Below, one piece after another: positions 1-11,814 of a DNA stretch of 64,000 nucleotides (position 1 is the stretch's first letter; each line of letters opens with the position of its first letter). Made by a program: the position numbers and the translations under genes. The stretch is from contig OZ176058.1 of the NCBI GenBank assembly GCA_964247055.1, forward strand, positions 868,001-932,000, given 5' to 3'. Origin of the DNA: Paragordius varius (Eukaryota > Animalia > Nematomorpha). The notes below the pieces were generated by a model. That model was not told the DNA's origin and did no database searches. It was given only the letters and a program-made list of their open reading frames with translations.

Positions 1-59
1 TAATATCAGTCTTTTAATTATAAATTTTTGGCTTCACGTTTTTAAATTCCATTTTTTAC

Positions 60-620
60 ATATTTACAATAACTTCATCAAAAGCATAGATAGAATCAAT
101 AATGAGATATATTTTGATTGTTAAGTTTTGTTATATAATTTTAATATTTACAGTAAAATAATTTTATATGTTGTCTTTATAATTTTATTTTTTTTAACAT
201 ATATATATACTTCATCAAAAGCCCAGATCAAACAATAACGAGATGTTTTATATTTAAATTTTATTTTTCACGGTTGACAAAAATTACTAGTAATCGAAAA
301 TTCACCCCAAAATTCATATAATTTTAGCTGAATTATAATTGCAATCATATAAGATATGATTTTATTGTTACGTCTTACTATATAATTTTAATCTGTACCG
401 TAAAATAACCTTATAAACTCTTTTATAATTTCATTTTTTAGATATTTATAATAAATGCTTCATCAAAAGCCCAGATAGAATCAATAATAAGATATATAAT
501 TTTTACGTTTTGCAATATAATTACTGTAAAATAATTTTATATGCTGTCTATATAATTTTACTTTTTACATATTTATAATAAATACTTCTCAAAAGCCCAG
601 CTAGAATCAGAATATTAAAT
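60..620. repeat. Tandem copies (about 130-bp unit) of the VAT1L exon 8 3' end
   Basis: CTTCATCAAAAGCCCAGATAGAATCAATAAT variants at about 74, 210, 458 and 585; the exon itself is at 1020-1050. Confidence 0.88.
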
Positions 621-1020
621 TGTTACGTTTTGTTTTATAATTTTGATTTTTATTGGAAAATAATATTACAATAAAAATTGAATTTATACGGATAAAACGT
701 AAAAACATAAAGACAAATATTTTTTTCTATAAGACAACCATACTTTTGAAACCTTTTTTTTTCATATAAGCAATTTAATAAAAATTAAAATATAGAATCG
801 ATTATATTAGTTATATCTCTATTTCGCACTTTGCCATTTAAAACAATGAGTATATTGAAATAAATCAAAATTATTAAAGTATGGTTGTTTTTTAGAAATA
901 AATATTTGTCTTTATATTATTAAGTTTTGTCCGTATAATTCAGTTTTTACTGTATATGTCTTTATAATTTCATTTTTTACTATATACATATATATATGTA
1001 TATATATATATAATAATTAC

Positions 1021-1127
1021 TTCATCAAAAGCCCAGATAGAATCAATAATGGGATGCAGTTTTCCCTTTTTATACCATTCACATAAATCGTGCATTATAT
1101 GGCGTAGTAAACGCAACGGTTTATCTC
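1021..1127 (-). CDS. VAT1L: VAT-1-like protein, exon 8 (DKPLRLLRHIMHDLCEWYKKGKLHPIIDSIWAFDE); final exon lies left of the window
   Basis: 107 nt, AG at 1129-1128, GT at 1020-1019. Matches KIKPVVDSLWALEE. No C-terminal exon (the N.GK..L motif) found in 1-1020. Confidence 0.9.
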
Positions 1128-2194
1128 CTATATATATATATGTATATATATATTTAAAATTTGAAATTATATGGAAAAATGTATAAATATAAAGACAAAA
1201 TTTTTTTCTCAAAAGACAACCATACTTTTTGAATCATGTTTTTTTTAAAAAAAATAACTGATTGATTGAATTGCTCTAAAATAAATATCTCTATTGAAAA
1301 CACTATTATTATATATATTACGATTGTTAAATTCTTTGAATACAAAAATTAAGGTTTGAAAAGTATGGTTGTTTTCTAATAAAAAATATTTGTCCTTATA
1401 TTTTTACGTTTTGTCCGTATAATTTCAGTTTTTATTTCATATTAAGCCTAATAAAAAAAATATCAAAACAAAACGCTAAAAACCAAGATATTTTTAAAAC
1501 GGCAGCTATACTTTTATTATACAATTTTAAGAAAACTCATCGTTTTAGAATAAAAAACGCAATTTATTTTTGAAATTGCTATATAGAGTTATGTATAAAA
1601 TGTAGAAAAAAATATAGTCAGATCAAATTTTCCTAAAATTCTCCTATTTTTTAGGAAACTATCAAAAATTTGCTAAACCGAGAAAGTAAAAATAACAATC
1701 TTTGAAAATTTATTCTATCGTTATAAAATATTCAATTTTTTAAAAATCTTATGGAAAATTCTAAATTCCTCTACCACTAAAGTGTATTTTTAGTTATCTA
1801 TAAAAAAACACAGTTTTCTAATTTAGGCTATCTAAACTTAAATTATTTTCCATATCAAAACTTGCTGTGAAGATTGAAATTATACGGACAAAACTTAAAA
1901 TATAAAGACATAAGTTTTTTTTTTAAAAGAACACATGATATTTTAAACTTTAACATTCCCTTATAAAACTATTTAATTAATTGATAAATTGATCGTTTTA
2001 AAGATTTAGATTTCTATTGTATACTTTGCAGTTTAAAACAATCGGAAAAATTCAGATTTAAAAGTATGGGATGTTATGATAAAAAGTATTTGTCTTTACA
2101 TTTTGTCCTCACGTATATCAAATTTACTGTAATTTTCAAACAACGCTCTATTATAAATTTTTACACGTAATAATGTTAAAATATAATATAATCC

Positions 2195-5100
2195 TCCTAC
2201 CTACCTGTTCCACAGAGAAAGTAATTAAACGATAAATTAAAACATATACCAACCACCTATAAAAACGAATAAGCAAAATTTAAAATTAAACATCATTTAA
2301 ATAATTATACTGTATTAGTAACTGAGAAGGTAAAAAATCATTCCCAAAAATTTAACCTATCATCTAAAATACTACTTAAAATTTACTTTAATAAGCTTAA
2401 AAATCAAATGCCTTTACTAAAATGTAGTTTTAATATACCAAAATTAGAGTTAACTTTAATGGAATAAACCTTGTTCCACAGAGAAAGTAAAAAAGAGTTT
2501 TCGAAAATTCAACCTATCATCTATAATCCTACTTAAAAATTAAATTTCATTATTCCTATGTAGTTTCAATATACCAAAATTGAGTTAACTTTAATTATTA
2601 ATGCAATAAACCTAGTTCCACAGAGAAAGTAAAAAACGATTCCGAAAAATTCAGCCTATCATCTATAATCTTAAAAATTACTTTGATAAGATTAAAAATT
2701 AAATTCCTTTACTATTTTGTAGTTTCAATATACCAAAATTAGAGTTGACTTCAATATAATCCTCCTTCCTACCTTGTTCCACTGAGAATTAAATATTATA
2801 CCCATTACTAACTGAAAAGCTAAAAAACAATTCCCAAAAATTCAACCTATCAACTATAATCTTACTAAAAATTACTTTAATAAGCTTAAAAATTAAATTT
2901 CTTTTACTACTGTGTGGTTTCAAAATACCAAAATTAGATTTACCTTTAATTAATAATACTTCTTCCTACTTTGTTCCACAGAGAATTGAATAATTATACA
3001 TATTAGTAACTAAAAAGGTAAAAAACGATTCCCAAAAATTTAACCTATCAGCTTTAATCCTGCTTAAAATATTTAAATAAGCTTAAAAATTAAATTCTCT
3101 ACCACTGTATAGTTTCAATATACCAAAATTAGAGTTAACTTTAACCTTGTTCCACCGAAAAGGCAAAAAAGAGTTTTCGAAAATTCAACCTATCATCTAT
3201 AATCTTACTAAAAAAACTTTAATAAGCTCAAAAATTAAATGCCTTTATTACTATGTAGTTTTAATATAACCAAATTAGAGTTAACTTTAATATAATCCTG
3301 CTTCCTACCTTGTTCCACCGAAAAGGCAAAAAAAAGTTTTCGAAAATTCAACCTATCATCTATAATCCTACTTAAAAATTACTTTTTAAAAATCAAATGC
3401 CTTTACTACTATGTAGTTTAAAGATACCAAAATTAGAGTTAACTTTAATTATTAATGTAATGAACCTTGTTCCACCAAAAAGGCAAAAAGGAGTTTAAAT
3501 TCAAGCCAGCATCTATAATGTCTTACTTAAAAATTAAATTTCATTATTACTATTATGCTTAAATTAAAGTTAACTTTAGTATAATGCAATAAACCTTGTT
3601 CCACAGAGAAAGTAAAAAAGAGTTTTCGAAAATTTAACCTATCATCTATAATCCTACTTAAAACTTTAATAAGCTTAAAATTCTCTACTAGTGTTTCAAA
3701 ATACCAAAATTAAAGTTAACTTTAATTAATAATCCTTCTTCCTACCTTGTTTCACCGAGAAAGTAAAAAAGAGTTTTCGAAAATTCAACCTATCATCTAT
3801 AATCTACTTAAAAATCAAATTCCTTGACAACTATGTAGACCAAAATTAGAGTTAACTTTAATTAATAATCCTTCTTCCTACCTTGTTCCACCGAGAAAGT
3901 AAAAAAAGATTCCCAAAAATTTAACCTATCATCTATAATCCTACTTAAAAATATACTAATAAGCTTAAATTCTCTACTAATGTGTAATTTTAATATATCA
4001 AATTTAAAGTTAACTTTAATTAATAATCCTTCTTCCTACCTTGTTCCACCGAGAAAGTAAAAAAACAATTACCAAAATTTCAACCTATCATCTATAACAC
4101 TGCTCAACAAGGTTTTGCACCACCCCATTATTTTTGCATTTTCTGATACCTAATGGCATGGATAGGCCAAAACAAAAAAGAAAATTGAGGCCACCAATAG
4201 GATTTTTCCAAAATTTAATTTTTAAATTTGTATTTAATTCAAAAATAACAATCATTCCTCGTGTACATATGTTTAAATATTCAAACAAGCAAGTCGATAC
4301 AAGTAATTTTTTATGCATGGATAACAAATTCTAGGCATTAAATAAGATACTAAACAAGCTAAGAGCCAAAGTATTAAAAATCTAAAAGGGCTTAGTATAG
4401 TGTGATAGATCCGGGCGGCTGCACAAGCTCTGCATATCCCCCAAGCGATCCTATAATTATGCCAGATGTGGCAAAGATAACAATAAGCAATCGTAAAGTC
4501 CGATAAGAGAGACTTGCAAGCAAAATCCAGGCAAATTGACATGTCAAATTAACCAATTTACAGAATAAAGTTAGATAAATACAATTAAATTGAATATAAA
4601 TTAGGTAAATACAAATGGTCCAACCCCATAACAGTAAATTCTACTAAATGTGGCTACACAACATCCATCTGAAATTCAAAATACATAACAACCAATAATT
4701 TTAAAAAAATAAGGTATATCCACTAGGTATAAATAAAGATTTTTTATAAGAACCAACTCAAGAGAAAAAGTCTAAGTACTCGAAAGAACGAAAACTAACA
4801 AAAAAAATATAGCCTATCTGAAAGCCGAAGGTTTAAACCATAGAATGCCTTTTTTAGTATTTTTTTAAAATTTTTTTATATGTGTTAAAAATTCACTTGA
4901 AAAAAAAGACTAAATTTTCACGTTTAAGTCCGTACTATTTTTTTCTCTCTGATATTTAAATGACATATTTATATTCAAAAGATAGAGTTTAAAACGCTTT
5001 ATTAAATGATATTAAGTTTATAATATAATAACATTATTTTATAAAGTTATATTTAATTTTCTCTCGATTTTCACTTGTTTTTGAAAAATAGAAAAACCTA

Positions 5101-6810
5101 TAAAATTTCAAAATTCTGATTGGCGGGATCAAAATTTTTTTCAAATTCGGTTTTAAAACACTGAAATTAGTCATAATTTAAAAAGTTTGAGTGGTGGTGC
5201 TTGAAAATGTCCAAATTTGTCGACTAGTGTAATCTTACTAAAAATTATTTTAATAAGCTTAAAAATCAAATGACTTTACTACTATGTAGTTTTAATATAC
5301 CAAAATTAGTTAACTTTAACCTTGTTCCACCGAGAAAGTAAAAAAGCGTTTTCGAAAATTTAAGCCTATCATTTTATAATCCTACTATTTTTAATAAGCC
5401 TAAAATCAAATTTCTTTACTACGATATACTTTTAATATACCAAGATTAGAGTTAACTTTAATTATTAATGCAATGAACCTTGTTCCACAGTATACTCATT
5501 AGTAACTAGAAAGGTAAAAAACGATTCCCAAAAATTTTACCTATCATCTATAATCCTACTTAAAAATTACTTTGGTAAGTTTAAAAAATAAATTCCTTTA
5601 CTACTATGTAGTTTCAATATACCATTATTAGAGTTAACTTTAATTAATAATCCTTCTTCTTACCTTACTCCACCGAGAAAAGTAAAAAAGAGTTTTCGAA
5701 AATTCAACCTATCACCTATAATCCTAATTAAAATTTACATTAATAAGCTTAAAAAACAAATGCCTTTAATTAATGCAATGAACCTTGCACAGAGAAAGTA
5801 AAAAAGAGTTTTTGAAAATAACCTATCATCTATAATCCTAAAAATTATTTTATAAGCTAAATTCTCTACTAGTGTGTAATTTCAATATACCAAAATTAGA
5901 GTTAACTTTAATATATAAATCTCCTTCCTACCTTGTTCCACAGAGAATTGAATAATTTTCCTCATTAGTAATTGAAAAGATAAAAAAATCATTTCCAAAA
6001 ATTCAACCTATCATCCATAATCCTACTTAAAATATTTTAATAAGCTTAAAAATTAAATTTCTTTACTACGATGTATTTTTAATATCCCAAAATTAGTTAA
6101 CTTAAACCTTGTTCCAACGAAAAAGCAAAAAACAGTTTTCGAAATTTCGACCTATCAACTATAATCCTACTTAAAATTTACTTTAATAAGCTTAAAAATC
6201 AAATGCCTTTACTACTATGAAGTTTTAATATACCAAAATTAGTTAACTTTAATTAATAATCCTTCTTCATACCTTGTTCCACCGAAAAGGCAAAAAAGAG
6301 TTTTCAAAAATTCAACTTCTCATCTATAATACTACTTAAAATTTACATTAATAAGCTTAAAAAACAAATGCCTTTACTACTATGTAGTTTCAATATACCA
6401 AAATTAGAGTTAACTTTAATTAATAATGCAACTTGTTCCGCAGAGAAAGTAAAAAAGAGTTTTCGAAAATTCAACCTATCATCTATAATCTTACTTAAAA
6501 ATTACTTTGATAATTTTAAAAATTAAATTCCTTTTCTACCGTGTAGTTTCAATATACCAAAATTAGAGTCTTTAATTGTTAATGCAATGAACCTTGTTTC
6601 ACAGAGAGAATAATTATGCATATTAGTAATGGAAAAGATAAAAAACGAATATCAAAAATTCAACTTATCATCTATAATCCTACTTAAAAATATACTAATA
6701 AGCTTAAAAATTGAATTCCTTTACTATTGTGTAGTTTCATATACCAAAATTAGAGTTATCTTTAACCTTGTTCCACAGAGAAAGCAAAAAAGAGTTTTCG
6801 AAAATTCAAG
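2195..6810. repeat. Tandem array, about 20 units of 135-200 bp, derived from the VAT1L exon 7 3' end, donor and intron start
   Basis: Recurrent CCTTGTTCCACAGAGAAAGTAAAAAAGAGTTTTCGAAAATTCAA matches exon 7 at 6766-6810. Interrupted by the 4098-5229 transposon. Confidence 0.92.
4098..5229. mobile_element. Non-autonomous CAC..GTG DNA transposon, 3-bp TAA TSD (CMC superfamily, Chapaev3-like)
   Basis: Termini CACTGCTCAACAA and TTGTCGACTAGTG (imperfect TIR). TAA at 4095-4097 and 5230-5232; neighbouring satellite units show the empty site tctaTAAtcttac. Confidence 0.75.
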
Positions 6811-6955
6811 CCAGCAAAACTCAAATTATCTTCCATGTATTTGGTCGGTGAAATTTTATCCGAAGTGTGAAATAATGTTTTAGCAAGGCTACTACGGCGA
6901 CTTCCCCCAGCTCCCACGGTTCCACCAGTTTCACCCCCAATTCTTGAATTGGTTG
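6767..6955 (-). CDS. VAT1L: VAT-1-like protein, exon 7 (TNSRIGGETGG...DKISPTKYMEDNLSFAGLNFRKLFFAFSVEQ)
   Basis: 189 nt, AG at 6957-6956, GT at 6766-6765, phase 1-1. Aligns to VAT1L SSNMVTGET..SFAK..EKVNPIKLYEENKVIAGFSLLNLLF. Confidence 0.85.
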
Positions 6956-7413
6956 CTAATTTTTTTTTTCAACATAAATTTTAATGGATATAATATAAAT
7001 TTAAAGAAAGATGTATAAAAAATATAAAAAAATAGTGTTACTCAAACCGCGGCCCTAAAGGTAGATATTCACATTTATTCTTTTAATTTAGTTATTTTTA
7101 AGTAAAAATATTTTGCATATGCGTCGTCAAATAGTTTCATGAAATGTTTATCGGTACTATGGGTATACGGTCCTTGAGACAACAAAAATATTTTTTTAGC
7201 CTTCAAAAATTTTGCATGAGTAAACTGGTAAAATGCAGTTGAAATTGAACGATAACATTTATAAAAATGATAAAAATCAATAAGGGTAAACAATCAATAA
7301 TTAATATTAAATCAGACAAATATAATGGAAAAAAAAATTGAACACAAAGGCTAAAAAATGTATTTGAATTTTTTTTCAAAAACTCCAAAGAGACTGGTAG
7401 AAACGTTTAATTA

Positions 7414-7701
7414 CAGTAAAAACTGAAATTATACGGACAGAAAAATATAAAGACAAATATTTTTTTCTAAAAGACAACCATGCTTTGAAAATCTTACTTT
7501 ATTTCAATATAACTTATTGTTTTAAATAACAAAGTGTGAAATAGTGATATATATTACTAATACAATCTATTCTATATTTTATAATTGTAAATAAATAGCT
7601 TATATGAGAAAACTAAGGTTTAGAAAAGCATAGTTGTCTTTTAGATAAAAATATTTGTCTTTATATTTTTACCTTTTGTCAGTATAATTCAATTTTTACT
7701 G
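7414..7701. mobile_element. MITE family A (Tc1/mariner/pogo type), representative copy
   Basis: About 80-bp TIR CAGTAAAAATTGAAATTATACGGACAAAA...AGACAACCAT, TA flanks. Other copies near 669-952, 1150-1435, 1870-2130, 9080-9360, 14775-15054, 16700-17122, 20011-20293, 21243-21512, 22414-22710, 29150-29420, 36905-37162, 53938-54191, 57260-57520, 61570-61830. Confidence 0.85.
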
Positions 7702-8692
7702 TACGTTTTAAGTATCAAATGTCTGAAATATTTAAAAAAATATTTTAAAAAATCCGATGGTTTATTTATGACACACCTGTTTCACAACTAATAGATTGTT
7801 TTTATTCGCAAATTTTATTAGGAAAAAAACGAATAATATAAGATAATTAGTGACAAAATAAAACTCTGCAGACTTTTTAAAAAATTAGTTTTATTGTTTT
7901 AACCTTGATATTTACCATTTACAGCTCAAATTCACCCTTTAACAATTCAAATTCACCCTAAAATAAATTATGTATTTTTTAAGATTAAAACTTACCTACA
8001 TTTTTTATATATTATTAAAAAATAAAATCGCGTTTAAAATAAATATAATACTAAAAAAATAATAATATACCATATTATGATGAGTTATATTAGTTCGTAA
8101 TTTATTTTTAGGGTGAATTTGAATTGTTCAAGGGTGAATTTGAATTTTAAATGTTATATAGTGTAATAACCCATCGTTTTAAGCTGCCTGCAAAATAAGG
8201 ATCAATTATAATACTTAACATACTTTCAAATCGTAATTAAATAATTTATATAAAACATAATAAGGTTTGAAAAGAGTGTGGTTATCATTCAAAATTGTTA
8301 TTTGTATTTAAGTTTTTTACGTTTTGTCTGTATAAAGAAGTTAATCTGAGGAATGCCTTTAAAATATTCATGAATCCATATAAAATTTATTTAAGAATAC
8401 TAGCTAAAGATAATATTACTAATTTTCATAGAGGTTGTTTTTGGTTTAAACTATAATTATATAACCGTAAAATTATACTGAATTGTCAAGTTTTAACAGT
8501 TTTTCTTTAAAGCTCTAGTGTAAATTTCATTTTCCAAAAATTTGATTTTAAAATCTATTCAAAAGCATTTGCTGTGAATTATGATATTTTCGAATTTTAA
8601 AAAAAATGTTAAAGATTAAATTTGATAAATACTGTTTAGAAGAGCCACGGCGGCATATAAAGTTAATAGATAATAAATTAAGAAATACATAC

Positions 8693-8796
8693 CATATAAT
8701 ATATATTTGCCAAGAGGCGCTAATAACCCAAAACTTTTAGTATAATCTTCTCCAAATCGATTGTCTATTACTACGTCCACGCCTTCGGGATACATT
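8693..8796 (-). CDS. VAT1L: VAT-1-like protein, exon 6 (MYPEGVDVVIDNRFGEDYTKSFGLLAPLGKYILY)
   Basis: 104 nt, AG at 8798-8797, GTATGT donor at 8692. Contains EGVD.V.D and LL.PLG.YILY motifs. Confidence 0.93.
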
Positions 8797-10031
8797 CTAT
8801 ACAACGTGATAAATAAAAATGAAATTTATAAATAGATCAAGTCATGTATCCTTTATTATGTCAAAAAAAAATTTTTCCGTTAAATGGGTATAAATATTTG
8901 GTAAAGAATGGAAAAAACAAGAGCTCTATGGTATTACAATATCATATTTATCAAAAAAGTATAAGAATTACCATAGAGCTCTTGTTTTTTCCATTCTTTA
9001 TCAATTATTAATAATACCCATTTAACGAAAAATTTTTTTTGATAAAATAAAGTCTATATGACTGTATATTCTGTCATATATAAAAATTGAAATTGTACTA
9101 CAGACAAAATGTAACAATATAAAAAACAATTTTTTCAAACTGCCCATACTTTTTTGAACCTTAATTTATCCTATAAAAATGATTTAAATATGGTTTTAAC
9201 ATACAAAAATGATTTGTTACCAATTTTTATTTATAATTTCTAATTTACAGTTTAAAACAATGCGGTAAAAATTTAATAACATTAAGTATAAGAAGTTACA
9301 ACGATTTTAGCATAAAATTGTCCTTAGATTTTTACGTTTTGTCCGTATAATTTTTACTCTATATTTAGACTGTAAAATATTTAGTCACCATATCAAATTT
9401 TTGAATGGTGTTAAATACCATTTATAATTCAAATTCATTGAACAATCCATATTCACCATCGAACAATTCAAATTCACCCTAAAAATAAATTATGTGTCGC
9501 AATAATTATAAATCATCATTAAGAATAAATATATCATTATGGCAGAATTTAATATTTTTTCAGTATTATTTTAATTTTATACATAATTTTATTTTTTAAA
9601 AATATAAGTAATTTTTAATCTTTAAAAACAATATAGGGTGAATTTGAATTGTTTAAGGGTGAATTTGAACTGTAAATGGTATGCATATATATTGGAGTTC
9701 AAAACAAACATTCCTCTAAATGAAAATTTTTTATATAATTTTGGGAAGAATGATTGTTAAAAAATTAATTACTAATATAACATCATAGTCCTGATTTATA
9801 AACTCTAGTTTTTTATAACGTTCAAACAATTTAAAATTTTAAAATTTATATAATTTTCAATAAGGTTTTTTTAAAACCTCCCTTAAATAGGATTTTTATA
9901 TGACTTTAAAACTTTTTTCCTCCTATTAGTAAATTAATGAATTTAAACTATTTAAATATAATTTAAAATTTTTTTTAAAACATAATTTATTTGGGAAATA
10001 ATTTTTTTTATAAATATTTCAAAAATTTTAC

Positions 10032-10177
10032 TGTTTCGTATCAAAGACATAATCAACATTCCTATCATATATTATGTTGGCCATATTCTTAAGCCTTTCA
10101 CGCTTGTGTGCAGCGGCAGTTCCCAATAAGGGAACATTTTCTATTACGTTTCGACACATTTGACAAATGGCTATACC
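10032..10177 (-). CDS. VAT1L: VAT-1-like protein, exon 5 (GIAICQMCRNVIENVPLLGTAAAHKRE...DRNVDYVFDTK)
   Basis: 146 nt, AG at 10179-10178, GT at 10031-10030. Aligns to GQAVAQLC..V.NV..FGTAS..KHE...DRNADYV. Confidence 0.9.
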
Positions 10178-10234
10178 CTAATAATGTAAAACATATATAT
10201 TTTTTATTTGAAATCTATGTTTTATTTTCAAATT

Positions 10235-11230
10235 TTTTAAAAAGCATATTTTAAATTTTTCTGTTTAAAATTTGGATTAATAGGGTTTTCCAGGAAATGA
10301 ACAATTATGTTGGGCAATTCACATATTTAGGCCAATAAGTTAAACTGTTTTAAAAAAGCATATTTTGCTGTTTAAAATTTGAATTTTTAATATTTTACAG
10401 TATATAAACATAAACCTTAACCATTTCATATTATTTATGGCAAATAGTTGTATACAGTAGTGTATGATAAATAACAAAGTTCTAGATTAATTAAAAAACC
10501 TTAAATATAAGAAAAATTTGTTTAATTTTCGTGCATTTTACCCATATGTTACTGTTTCAGAAAGCATATTTTACTGTTTAAAATTCGAATTTATTGGGTT
10601 TCACAGTATATGAGCATTTATGTTAAGCAATTCACATATTTAGGTCAATAACTTAAACAGTACTGTGTAATATATGTAACAAATTAGGTCTATGATTAAA
10701 TAAAATAAAACTTAAATGTTGAAGTATACGAAAGATTTTTGACCATTTGTTGTATTTTAGCTATATGCTACTGTTTTAAAAAGCATATTTTAATTTTTTC
10801 TGTTTAAAATTTTAATTTATAGTGTTTTACAGTATATGAACATGTATGTTAGCCAATTCATATTATTTATGGCCAATAGGTATCATACAGTAGTGTATGA
10901 TATATAACAAATTAGGTCCATGATTAAATTAAAAAAACTTAAATGTTGAAATATAAGAAAGATTTTTAACCATTTGTTGTATTTTACCTATATGCTACTG
11001 GTTAAAAAAACATATTTTTAATTTTCCTGTTTAAAATTTCAATTCATAGGATATGAGTTGGCCAATTCATATTATTTATGGCCAATAGGTATTATACAGT
11101 AGTGTATGAAATATAACAAATTAGGTCCATGATTAAATAAAAAAAAACTTTCTAAAAATTGTTTAATTATTGATTATTTGTTGTTTACCTATATGCTACT
11201 GTATTGCCAATCGGTCAAAAATAATGTGAA
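10235..11230. repeat. Intronic tandem repeat, about 220-bp unit, 4-5 copies
   Basis: Recurrent AAAAGCATATTTT..CTGTTTAAAATT and GCCAATTCATATTATTTATGGCCAATAGG. Confidence 0.8.
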
Positions 11231-11702
11231 TTAGCTAATATAAGTGTAAATACTGTATAATTTATATATTCTGTTTTCATAAAAATTTTATATTACAATT
11301 TTATAAAATAACATTGTGATGATATATTTATAGTTTTAAAATATCCATGGGCAAATTTTCCAAAAAAATTATTTCGATATTGGATTGATAAATTAAAAGT
11401 TTCGGGTTTCAATTTTAACAATATCTCTTATTTTCGCCGTATAACATAATTTTTAATATATTAATTGTATTCCCAAAATTTTTTTAAATAAAACCCCAAC
11501 GAGAAAAAGCGACATTTTTAGTGTTTATGTTGATTTTAAGAAAATTTTATAGCCTAATTCAAATTCGCCTAATTGTATTATTTAAAAACCTTGCATATAA
11601 AACAGCTCTATATATTAAATTTTTTAAATAAAATCAATTCAATATTGATTAATTTATTTTCCCATTTTAATATTTTAAAATTTTCATATAATTAATTTTT
11701 AC

Positions 11703-11755
11703 CACTGATCCGTCCAATGAGTGCGCAAATACTCTCGAACCTTGTTTAACATTAC
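11703..11755 (-). CDS. VAT1L: VAT-1-like protein, exon 4 (G-NVKQGSRVFAHSLDGSV)
   Basis: 53-nt exon, AG at 11757-11756, GT at 11702-11701. Phases fit both neighbours. Aligns to VAT1L NLREGMSVLVHSAGGGV. Confidence 0.85.
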
Positions 11756-11814
11756 CTATATAATATTAAAAATTATAAAAAAATTTAAAATTTCAATAAA
11801 TAAAACAATTGAAT

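Noticed and set aside
4088-4542. Three short ORFs, one Cys-rich
   Set aside because: They overlap on both strands inside a non-autonomous transposon and show no transposase motif I can support.
6629-6883. 84-aa plus-strand ORF
   Set aside because: Antisense to exon 7 and its satellite.
7040-7053. Possible 13-nt microexon ag|GGCCGCGGTTTGA|gt
   Set aside because: It needs a second non-default acceptor to stay in frame, and homology does not require it.
7075-7176. Exon-like segment (acceptor plus GPYTHSTDKHFMKLF...) between VAT1L exons 6 and 7
   Set aside because: It ends in a stop, and its acceptor region matches a dispersed sequence at about 60290-60330. Exons 6 and 7 already join in frame with correct spacing.
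10235-11230. Intron 4 array as another exon echo
   Set aside because: Only a TATGTTGG-like word is shared with exon 5, which is insufficient.
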